DNA of 64,000 bases, taken from the NCBI RefSeq assembly GCF_011386835.1, contig NC_088802.1, forward strand, positions 9,672,001-9,736,000. Reading direction: 5' to 3'. Source of the DNA: Chrysemys picta bellii (Eukaryota). The translations under genes and the position numbers were made by a program. This document shows, piece by piece, positions 21,901 to 33,900 of this stretch. The notes beneath the pieces were generated by a model. That model had not been told where the DNA came from and searched no databases. It worked only from the letters and a program-made list of their open reading frames with translations. How positions within the stretch are numbered: position 1 is the first letter of the stretch; every line of letters begins with the position of its first letter.

Positions 21901-24900
21901 TATAAGGGAGGGATGTAAAAATGTTCTGCTGCAGGTTTGATCCCATGTCTAACTATTGGGGATTAGGATGAGACCTTTGCAAACCAGGAGGGGGGAAAAA
22001 AATGGGTCAAACTTTTGGGTTTTTTTAGTTAAAAAAAAAAATTGGAAGGAAAATCCAAGCGAAAAAGTAATATTTGCCTGAAAAATCAGAACTGTTTACT
22101 TGCAAAATGGTGAAAAGGAAACAGTTTGACTTTTTTCAGGATTTATCTTCTTTAGGTTTGTTTGCGTTTATTTTTAGTTTTGTTTCCTCCCATTTAAAAG
22201 AATTCACCAACCAGTGGAACGAATTCATGAAATGTTTTGGTCAACCCAAATCTGCATTTTAAAATGAAAAAGAAAAGAAAAGTTTTGGATGAAAAATTTC
22301 ACCTAGTTAGGCTTGTGCTTAGTCCACTAGGCCACGCTTCCTCTCAGACCAGGTCTACACTACAAACGTACATTGGTTTAACTACATCGCTCAGGAGTAT
22401 GAAAAATCCACATCCCTGAGCGACACAGTTATACTGACCTAACTCCAGGTGTAGACAGTGCTATGTTGACGGGAGAGAAGCGCCATCTTTCTGTGTTCCC
22501 GGGGGGGGTGTCAATGTATACTCCGCCCCAGGCCCTGCCCCCACTCCACTCCTTCTCCCAAGTCCCCATCCCCGCCCTGACTCTTCCCGCCCCTGCTCCG
22601 CCCCCAAGCACACCCCTTGTCCTCCTCCCCCACCCCTAGTGCCTCCTGCATGCTGCTGAACAACTGGTGGGCGGGAGATGCTGCGGGGAAGGGGGAGGAG
22701 CTGATCGGCGGGGCCACGGGCGGGCAGGAGGCACTGGGGGGGAGGAGCTGATCCACAGGGCTGCCAGTGGGTGCTGAGCACCGACTATTTTTTTTTCTCA
22801 CGGACTCAGTGCCTATGATGTGAGAGCTTCTCCTGCCAGCATAGCTACTGCCTCTTGGGGAGGTGGATTAACTATGCTGATCAGCGTAATAGCATCTTCG
22901 CTGAAGTGCTACGGCAGTGCAGCTTTTTAAGTGTAAACTGGCCCTCAGTCTGTTGTGTTTCCCTTTTCCTGCAGCTGGAGGGCCTATCAGCTGTTTAGCC
23001 AATGGGGCTGGCTCAGCTGTCGGTGGCCAAGCGAGAGGGAGATTTTGGCGCTTCAGTGCATTCAGAGGCAGCATGAGAAGTGCATCCCTCCATCGCTGCA
23101 AACTGATCCAGGGTCATCCCCAAAATAAGAGACTGCTGCCCGTGCTGCTCCTGGACTACAGAGGCCAGCCCTGCATGGCTGGAGTGCAGGCCATGAGTCA
23201 TCTATGAGCTTCAGACAAGATCAGTGATAAGCTCTCAACCCCAACGATCAGTCTCAGGACGAGGGTCTGTTACCTTTGAATTTCTTCACAGCATCCTGTA
23301 GCGATACGGTTTCTTGAGAGAGTTCTTTGATTCTTCTTCTCCAGTCAGGAGACTCCGCTGTTGGATTTTGAAACTTCCCCTTCCCCGTCTTACATCTAGA
23401 GAGAAAACAACCTACATCATCTTCATCGGAATGGTAACCGAGATGGAACAAAATCTGAGGGGCCCAATCAGTACTTGGTCCTTGCTCATATGCATACAAA
23501 TGGTCAAGCACAATTGCAGCCCTTAGGACTTGTCAACATGGGGCATTATTCCAGAATAACTATTCCGGATTAACTTCCTGTGTGGATGCTCCGCTAATTC
23601 AGAATGAGGGCACTCTTATTCTGGAATAAGAGAATTCACAGAGGGAGGTTATCGAGAATATCTAATCTGCTTTAAAATTTACCCGACCTGAACCCACATT
23701 AACTTCCCAGTGTAGAAAAGACCTTACTTTCTCCTGGAAGGATCAAAATATTTCAGGGTTGTTGTTGTCTTTCTACAGTGCTTTTCTAACTGGGTTGGGA
23801 GGGATAGCTCAGTGGTTTGAGCATTGGCCTGCTAAACCCAGCATTGTGAGTTCAATCCTTGAGGGGGGTCACTTAGGGATCTGGGGCAAAATCAGTACTT
23901 GGTCCTGCTAGTGAACGCAGGGGGCTGGAGTTGATGACCTTTCAAGGTCCCTTCCAGTTCTAGGAGATAAGACATCTCCATTTATAACTCAAAACCCAAA
24001 GTGATATTTACTGACAGCTCTGAATTAAGGGTCAAAGTTAAGGTTGGTTTTGGAAAATGTCTAATCAATTTTTTTTGCCTCTAGATTATTTGAAGAGCAT
24101 GTCTGAATAAGAGAATCTTTTATATATAGCCTGCCTTTCCCCAACCACTTTCATATTTTAAATACACAGAATTCCTTAATTGTAATATTACTGACATCTA
24201 CTTTTTTGTAACATTCCTGTCGCCTAGAGACACTAAAGTTAACAAGGGCACGTTAAATTAACAAAGGCGTCTGTTATTGTCTGAAATTGAATGTTCTTTG
24301 GTAAGAAAAGGCCTGGTCATGTTTGGTTTTTCTTTTAAAAGAAATATTGCATGGTAAATTAAGAGGGTGAATAAGGCTGGATTTTCAGAAGTTCAAAAGA
24401 ACACAAGCACCATTAATTTTCAATTGAAAAGAATTCAAGACTATAAAGTTCAAGTTCCAGAAACTTTATGTGCTTGGGGGAAGAAAGCTTGTTGACGCCT
24501 ATGCGGTTTAACAACAGTTCACAGATATTACCAGGGTTTGAGCTTCAGGGTTCTCTCTTCTGTAGGGTTGATAAGCTCTTCATGATCTGCTGCCTAAGTT
24601 ATTACAGGGCACCATATTTATAAGTAAGTTTGTATAGGGCTATCTGTTTAAAGGGGAAATAATTCATAGTGCTCCAAATCCATAGGCATATTCAATTTGA
24701 CCTGCAATTGCGTATGTCAGTAGGAAGATGGGAATACTGGAGAGCAGATTAGGGGTCATTTGGTTGAGGGGTTCCTGAGAGACAGAACCCCACAAAAACT
24801 ATTTTAAGATTTGTTTCCTCTTCTAATACTTTTATTTGCCAAGCTGGGAAAAACAAAAACGATGGACAACATCCAAATAAAATTTCTATCTCTGGACAAA

Positions 24901-27900
24901 CCCTGCGCTCATCCAGCATCCCGCATCAAGATCCATCCTCAAAACTGAGTAAGTCAAACATTATTAGCCTGTCATTTTGGTTCTGCAGAGTGGCATACAA
25001 CACTGATATGAGCTGTGCACAGAATCCCAGCAGGGCTGGGTTTAAATACATATACAGAGAGTGTCTTAATTTAAGGACACATCCTCAAAGCCCTCTAAAA
25101 TTCACAGACAGACTCAGATCGGCTACACCAGTTGAAGTGTGGGCTGGGAAGTGTGAGTTGGCAGTAAGAAGGGGCCACAATACCTGCTCAAGGTGCTTCT
25201 GATGACCTGGAAAGAAAGAGAAAGAATAGAATCATAGAATCGTAGGACTGGAAGGCACCTCGAGAGGTCATCTAGTCCAGTCCCCAGCACTTCTGGCAGG
25301 ACTAAGTATTATCTAGACCATCCCTGACAGGTGTTTGTCCAACCTGCTTTTACAAATCTCCAATGAAGGAGATTCCACAACCTCCCTAGGCAATTTATTC
25401 CAGTGCTTAACCACCCTGACAATTAGGAAGTTTTTCTAATGTCCAACCTAAACCGCCCTTGCTGCAATTTAAGCCCATTGCTTCTTGGCCTATCCTTAGA
25501 GGTTAGAGAACAATTTTTCTCCCTCCTCCTTGTACAAGGGAGCTCAATCCATACCCCACATTTCCCTGTCCTGTCCCCCACACATTTCCCTGTCCTATTG
25601 CCCCCACCCTGCCTTGTCTACACTAAAGGGCCTTTGCAGGTATAACTATGCCAGCAGAGCCCCCTAGTGGACACAGTGCGAAAGCTCACAGAACGAATTA
25701 TAGCTACTTGATCTCCTTGAATGACATAAACTAGGCTGGTCTCATAGGCGCCAACTTCTCCTGGTGCTGGTGGGAGCTTGCACCCCCCTGCTCCGCCCTG
25801 ACTTCTCCCCTGCCCCACCCCCTCCCGCCCCTGCCTTGCCTCCATTCCAACCCCTTCCCCAAAGTCCCTGCCCCAAGTCTGCCTCCTCCCTGCCCCTATT
25901 GGACCCCTTCCCCAAATCCACGCCCCAGCCCCACCTCTTCCCTGCCTCCTCCCCTAAGCGCACCGCATTCCCACTCCTTCCCCCTCCCTCCCACAGCTTG
26001 TTACGCCGCAAAACAGCTGTTTTGTGGCGGCAAGCCTGGGAGGAGAAGCGGGGACATGGCGCGCTCAGGGGAGGAGGCAGAGGTGAGCTGGGGATGGGGG
26101 GCAGGGAGCTTGGCTGCCGGTGGGTGCAGAGCACCCACCAATTTTTCCCCATGGGTGCTCCAGCCCCAGAGCACCCACAGAGCCGGCACCTATGGCTGGT
26201 CTGTCAGAATAGTTGCATCAACACTGGGGATTTAGTAGGCATAACTACGTCGGCTGGTGGCATGATTTTTTTCACACCCCTGACCAGCGTAGCTATGCCG
26301 GCAAAACTTTGTAGCGCAGACTACGCCTTTGTCCCCTCTTTTCTTGCATCTCTGTTTAGCTAATCCCCTCCTAACAAAATCCCAGTCACTTTTTGGAGAA
26401 ACAAAAATTCATGGCACTAACATAACATTTGCAAATCTGTTCACGCTGCACGGATGTTCTCTCTCTTTTCCCTCCCTTTGTCTGTCTTGGCTATTTAGAT
26501 TGGAAGCTCTTCAGGGCAGAGCCTATTATTTCAAGTTCGTACAGCTCCCAGCACAACAGGGCACGAATCTCGGTTGGCTCTTAGACACCACTGTGGTGAA
26601 ATTACAATATCAGATAAGAATGGCCATACTGGCTCAGGCCAATGGTCCATCTAGCCCAGTATCCTCTCTCCCACAGTGGCCAGTACCACAATTTCAGGGG
26701 AAGTGTACAGAACAAGGTAATTGGAGTGACCCACCGCTGTCTTCCCCTCCTGGCTTCTGGCAGTCAGAAGTGGGAAACCAAATGAAGAGATTAAAAAAAA
26801 AGGGGGGGGAGTCATGTGATCCAAGAGACAGGCAAGGAAAACGAGTTTCGCTGGCTACTCAAAAAAACCCAGTGCAATTTCAGCAGGAAGCGAATGTTCA
26901 AAGCATAGCACAGCAGGACAGGAAGGGAATAGAACCTGGTATAACTGTACATGGGATAGTGAATCCCATTCCAGGGGCCACAGTAGCAAAGAGATGCAGA
27001 CCAACTGGAAGATGTAAGAAGGGCAACAAATTGATTGAGGGGCTGGATTGACTGATCTATGAGGAAAGAGTAAGACAGCTTCCAGAGATTCATCATTTTT
27101 AGGTCTGGCGGGACCACTAGCTCATCTAACCCAGTGGCACTTAACCTTTCCCTACCACCAATCAGGAGTCTGATTTGTCTTGCCTACCCCCAAGTTTCAC
27201 CTCATTTAAAAATGACACTTACAAAATCAGACATAAAAATACAGACGTGTCCCAGCCACTATTACTGAAAAATGGCTGACTTTCTCATTATTACCATATA
27301 ATTAGAAAATAAATCAACTGGAATATAAATATTGTGCTTACATTTCAGTATATAGTGTGTGGAGCAGTATAAACAAATCATCGTCTGTATGAAATTTTAG
27401 TTTGTGCTGAGTTCACTAGTGCTTTTTATGTAGCCTGTTGTAAAACTAGGCAAATATCTAGATGAGTTGATGTCCTCCCTGGGAGACCTCTGTGTACCCC
27501 CAGTGGGACACGGACCCCTGGTTGAGAACCACTGGCCTAGGCTGACCTCCCATGTAACACAGGCCAGCGAATTTCACCCAGGTACAGCTGTGTTGAGCCT
27601 GATAAAATAGCCCATCTTCTAGGAAGGCATCCTGTCTTGACCTGAATACACCAATAGGTGGAGAAGTCCACCTCTTCCCTGGGTAGTTTCTTCAGAGCCC
27701 TCACTGAAAAAAATGGGCCTCTTATTTCTAAATTTGAATTTGTCTGGCTTTAACTTTCAGCCCTTGGTTCTTGTTATGCCTTTCTCTCCTAGATTGAACA
27801 GCCTAGTATTTCTCCCCGGGAAGGTATTTGTAAATCATAATCAAGTCACCTCTCAATCCTCTTTTTGATAAGCTACACAGATTGAGCTCTTCAAACCTCT

Positions 27901-30900
27901 CCCTTTAAGGCATTGTCTCCAGTCCTCACATTATTCGTGTGACTCTTCTCTGCACCTTCTCCAAGTTTTCCACATGCTCTTAAAAATGTCCACCAGAACT
28001 GGAGGTAATATTCCCGTACGGAGCTAAACATCACCAGCATGGCTAAGCATGGGGCAGAGAAAGTGGAGGAACGCTTTAGGGTGAATTAACGGGGAGCAAT
28101 GGGGTAATGCCCTGTGTCGTCTGCGGGGATGAGCGCATAGATGGCTGGATCTAGCAGTGTAGTGCCTTTTGCTTTTCATCCAACAAATGCAATTTGAAAG
28201 CATTACAGAAGGAGAGGGGGGTCCAAATAATTGTGTGTACTAACTGTATGCAACAAGGAAAGCATGGCTACACGCATACTGCAGCTCTGGCAGGATTCTG
28301 AAACATAAGAACGGCCATACTGGGTCAGACCAATGGTCTGTCTAGCCCAGTATCCTGTCTTCCGACTGTGGCCAATGTCGGGTGCTTCAGAGGGAATGAA
28401 CAGAACAGGGCAATTATCGAGGGATCCATCCCCTGTCATCCATTCCCAGCTTCTGGTAGTCAGAGGCTAGGGACACTCAGAGCATGGTTTTGCATCCCTG
28501 CCCATCCTGGCTAATAGCCATTGATGGACCTATCCTCCATGAACTTATCTAGTTCGTTTTGAACTCTGTTATAGTCTTGGCCTTCACAACATCCTCTAGC
28601 AAAGAGTTCCACAGGTTGTCTGTGTGTTGTGTGAAAAAATACTTTAATCTCTCTTCATATGGAAGCTGTTCCATTCCCCTAATGATTTTTGTTGCTTTTT
28701 TCTGTACTTTTTCCAATTCCAATGTCTTATTTTTTGAAATGGGCCAACCAGCTCTGCACGCAGTTCTGCACAAATGGAGAAGACCGTGCGCTCCTTTAGA
28801 GGATGCAGAAACTATTTAGAGGGATAGTGCCCAGGATGGTCCAGGGGTTAGCGCACTGGCCGAGACGTTGGGAGACTGGGGCATAATTCTGTGATCTGCC
28901 ACAAACTTCTTGCGTGACCTTGGGCACGTCCGTTAGCGTCTCTGGGCCCCAGCTTCCCACCTGGTGGTGTTAGGATAAATATATCACAGCCTGCCTGTGA
29001 AATGCTTTGCGATCTACTGATGAGAAAAGTGCTGTATAAGAACGGGGTGTTATTATTATTACCAGCCCCTTTCCTTTTAGTGTGAAAGTCCGTCAAACAA
29101 ACAGAGCAATCTACAAATGTTCTGCTCTACAGCAGAACCTCAGGGCTACAAACAGGGCCGGCTCCAGGCACCAGCCCACCAAGCTTGTGCTTGGGGCGGC
29201 ACCTGGAGGGGGGCGGCACGGTGCTCCGGTTCCGGCCGCCAGGGAGAGCGGAGCTCCGGCTCGGCTCTCCGGCCTCCCCCCGGCACTCTGGCTGCCGGGG
29301 AGAGTGGAGCCGCGGCGGGCTCTCCGCCCTCCACCCGGCACTCTGGCCTCCACTCCGCCCTCCCCCCGGCACTCTGGCCACAGGGGAGAGCGGAGCCGCG
29401 GCGGGCTCTCTGCCCTCCTCCCGGCGCTCTGGCCGCCGGGGAGAGCGGAGCCCTGGCCGGGCTCTCCGCCCTCCTCCCGGGGCTCCGGCCGCCAGCGGCG
29501 CCGCGGCAGGCTCGCTGCCCTCCCCCCGGGAAAGCGGACTGCGGCCGGGCTCGGTGCCCTCCCCTGCCGTCTTGGGGGGGGGGGGGGGGGAGGCGGCAGG
29601 AGGCTTTTTTGCCTGGGGCGGCAAAAAAGCCAGAGCCGGCCCTGGCTACAAACACCTTGGAAATTGAGGTTGTTCGTAACTCTGAAATGTTCGTAACTCT
29701 GAACAAAACGTTCTGGCTGTTCTTTCAAAAGTTTACAACTGAACATTGACTTAATACAGCTTTGAAACTTTACTACGCAGAAGGAAAATGCTGCTTTTTT
29801 TTTCTTAGTAGTTTACGTTTAACACAGTACTGTACTTCCTTTTTTTTTTGTCTCTGCAGCTGCCTGACTGAGTACTTCCGGTTCCAAATGAGGTGCATGG
29901 TTGACTGGGCAGTTCATAACTCTGGTGTTCGTAACTGTGAGGTTCTACTGTAACTCAATATGCAGCATATTACAAAGCGGGTCGGAAAGGAGGAATATGA
30001 CTTCTACCCCTTGATTAGCTCATTCAGTACGTTAGAGGCCAGAGACAGACAGACACAGCCACACACAGAATTTTAGCCTGGGTCACACTAAATTTGAAGT
30101 ACCAACTACTGCATGATCCAGCCAGTGGGTGCGTGGGACAAAGAACCACACGGAGTTTGCAGAGCTTGCAAGAGAATGAAACCAAGGAAGGAAAAGTTGA
30201 GGGTGAACGTCAGGGAAAACTTCCTAACAGGGAGGCGTGCTAGGCTGTGGAATGTTCTTCCCAAGAACAACAGTGAGAGCTCCCAACTCTTGAGATATTC
30301 TGGCCAAAACCCTGGGACATGTGGTAAAGGGCACAATCCTACGCTTGCCTCCCGGGAAATGGAATGAATGACACAGCTGGTTTTTGCCGTGTGTGGCGCG
30401 AAAGGCTTCTCTCTCCCCCAACAGAAGTTGGGCCAATAAAAGAGATTCCCTCCCCCAGCTTGTCGCAGTTGGTCTTTGACACCCATCACTTCCATGAATC
30501 TGTGATGCAGCTTTCAAAGAACTAAATAACAACACAAACAGCAGCAGCACACAGACTGTGCAGGGATCTGGGGGTGGGGGGGTTTCACCTGCAAGAATTC
30601 ACTCGCTGGCTGCTGGCACTTCCCCTCCATCTCGCAGACCAGATCGCTGAGGCAAGAGAGCGCCTTAGAGTATTTGGTGGCATTTTCATCCCTCATCTTC
30701 ACAATCTCCTTGTCCAGCTCGCCCAGCCGGCCCAGCCGATGTTTCTCTTGTTCCTCCAGAAACAGGCGCAACTGCTGAAATTCAGACACAATCTTCTGCC
30801 TCTCGGCTTCCACTTCTTTCTGCAGTGAACATGCGCACAGACAGGGAAAAGATCAGATCAGGGACACGCAGAGAGTCATTGGGACATTATAGTTACCAAT

Positions 30901-33900
30901 GGAATATCAATTTTCACAGAATTCGGATACAATAAAACGAATACAGTATCAAATAGTAGACAGGTACTCACCAGTCCCGTCATAGTACTGCACTGCAGAG
31001 TGGTTGGTTTCTTGAAGCAGTTAGGCGTATACAGGGCAAGTTTTCTATACAGCAGGTTATCTTAGGACACTACATATCACTATGGGCAGCACATCGCGTA
31101 CACCCAGATCACTGAAAATACACTGAACACTAAAGCGATACTGAACATAATTTAATCGTTGTTTGATGATTCAGAAGGCACTTCAGGACCTTGCAGTGCC
31201 TCAGGGTCAGCATTATCAACATCAATTATCGTTGTAGACGTAGAAGGGGTAGGAGATTGGGCTGAATCTGTACTGACCCTCTGACACACCCTGGAAGCTG
31301 CTCTTCTGACCAGCGATGAGCTGCCAAAATTGTAACAACCGGTCCCCTACCGGGTCTTGGGTGGCACTTCGGCGGCGGCCTTCCGCCAAAGACCCGGAGC
31401 GAGTGAAGGACCCGCCGCCGAAGTGCCGCCGAAGACTCGGAGCGCTGGCTGCCCAGTGAGTACAAGCCCCACGTGCCTCCCAAACTGCCTGTCCCTCCCC
31501 ATCCGACCCCCACCCACGTCCTGCCCCCGACTGCCCCCCTCAGAACCCGCAACCCATCAACCCTCCCGCTCCTTGTCCCCTGACCACCCCCTCCTGAGAC
31601 CCCCCCACCCTAACTACCCCCCAGAACTCCACCCCCTACCCAACTCACCCCGCTCCCTGTCCCCTGACTGCCCCGATCCCATCCACCACCACCCCGACAG
31701 ACCCCCGAAACTCCCATGCCTACCCAACCACCACCCCATTCCCCAACCGCCCCCCCAGAACCTCTGCCCCCTCCAACCACTCCCTGCCCCTTATCCAACC
31801 CCTCCTCCCAGCCCTGGCCCAGCCCCCGTACCATGCTGCTCAGGGCAGCTTGTATGGATGCCACGCGGCCCACTGGAGCTCGCAGCCCCACTCCCTTATC
31901 ATGCTGCTCAAAGCGGCAGGAGCTGCCGAGCTGCCCAGGAGTGGTCCAGAGTGCTGGCACCGGCGGTGCGGCGCGCTGAGGCTCCATGAGAGGGGGAAGG
32001 CGGGGGAGGGGCCGGGGGAGCCTCCCCAGCCGGGAGCTCAGGCGGGCCGGACAGGACGGTCCCGCGGGCCGGAGTTTGCCCAGCAGCCCACCCCTTTAAC
32101 AACCGGTTCTAAACCGGCTTCTAAATTTAACAACCAGTTCCCACGAACCGGTGCGAACCAGCTCCGGCTCACCACTGCTTCTGACTAAATCCCTGATATC
32201 AGCTGGCTGACTTGTCTTCTGCCTCTTTTGAATAAAAGCAGAATGCAGAATGTGCAATTGCGTAACCTCCTGGGCAGTATACAAGTCCCGGTTCCTGGAC
32301 TGAAGATTGGTATTGGGAGAGATCAGAAATGCCGGTTAATAGAGCTTGCTGGTTGATAAAGCGCCGGATACCACAGCTGTTACTGTATATGGCAACCCGT
32401 AACAATACGAGTTCAGACATTTCCCGTTGACAGAGAATTTTCTGATCGCTTCCCCAGCAGCAAAAGCACCTCCTCTGGTCAGCAGCCTCCGTAAACCAGA
32501 TCCTTTGACTAGCAAGAAGGGGAGGAGGTCGGCCTCAGAAGGAGGGACGTCCGAGAGCAGCCATGCCATTATCAATCTCATTGTTCGGATGATGCATTTT
32601 TCTGCAGTCTCCATTTTCCTCCGTAGGCTCCATGTATATTGTGTTAGCACCCAGAGGCACAGGCGCCGGCTTTTCAAAGTGCCGGGGGCTGCTCGACCGC
32701 TGGCTCTGCCCCAGGCCCCGCCCCCACTCCACCCCTTCCGCAAGGCCCCACCCCATCTCTTCCCACCCCCGCTCCATCCCGCCCCACTTCTTCCCACCCC
32801 TACCCCACCTCTTCTTGCCCAGTTCAACCCCCTCCCCTAAGCATGCCGCATCCTTGCTCCTCCGCCACCCCAGAGCCTCCTGCATGCCGTGAAACAGCTG
32901 ATCACAGCGGGCGTGAGGCGCGAGGGGGAGGCGTTGATTTGCAGGGCTTGCTGGCGGGCGGGCAACGCTGTGGGGTGGGGGGGAGCTTATGGGGGAGGCT
33001 GCTGGCTCCAGCCCCAGAGCACCCACGGAGTCTGCGCCTATGCCTAGGGGCCCAGCCCCATATATGTCTCTGCAGTACCTATCACAAACAAAGAATCTCT
33101 GAAGCAGACCAGAGTTTGCAAAAGACAGCGGAGTAAATAAGTCCTACTCTCTCTCAGAGGGGAGCAGGTTACTCTTACATTACTCCAAGTATCAGTGATG
33201 CCCTGGAGCTGGTAAGCAATAACAGCACCTACCAGAAGTTCCTGGCTTTTCACTTCCCCACTCAATTGACACTCGAGTATCTCAGCTCTCTCTTTCTTCA
33301 AAATCTCCAGCTGGCTCTGAATTTGCACCTAAGAAGTTAGGGGATGAACAAAAATAAAAATGCTTTATGAGCTCTGTTTAAACACACACATATTTTTGAG
33401 GCTTTTCCATCAACAATAACTAATAGATTATTTTTAGCCCTGTTGCTTATTAATATGGTGTGTTCATTAATGTGTTTTAAACCAGGTGCTAATGCCTACG
33501 ATATTCTTAGTTACAATGTGATAGCAGCCAGGAGGCCAGCCATAGACCAGGAGCTCATTGTACAAACATACTGTCTCTGCCCCAAATGGCTAACCATCTA
33601 GATGGGTAATAAATAAATTAATCATTTTCCAGATTCCCCTTGGAAATGTACCCAAGACGCTCAGAGAAAGACAGTCCCTGCCCTAAAGATTGGATAGTCT
33701 AAGGCCTGGTCTACAGTACGGGCTAAATCAACGCAGCTGCAATCGATTTAGCGGGTCTAGTGAAGACGCGCTAAATTGATGGGCGAGCATACTCCCGTCG
33801 ACGTCTGTAATCCACCTCGACGAGTGGCAGAAGTTCTGTCACTGGGAGCGCGTCTCCCATCGACATTGTGTAGTGTGGACATGGCTGTAAGTTGACCTAC

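Noticed and set aside
29082-29749. Stacks of 150-330 aa Pro/Gly/Arg-rich ORFs (also 20487-20999, 25764-26363, 31357-31989, 43054-44128, 45226-46421)
   Set aside because: They lie within GC-rich low-complexity MITE interiors, several bounded by TIRs and TSDs.
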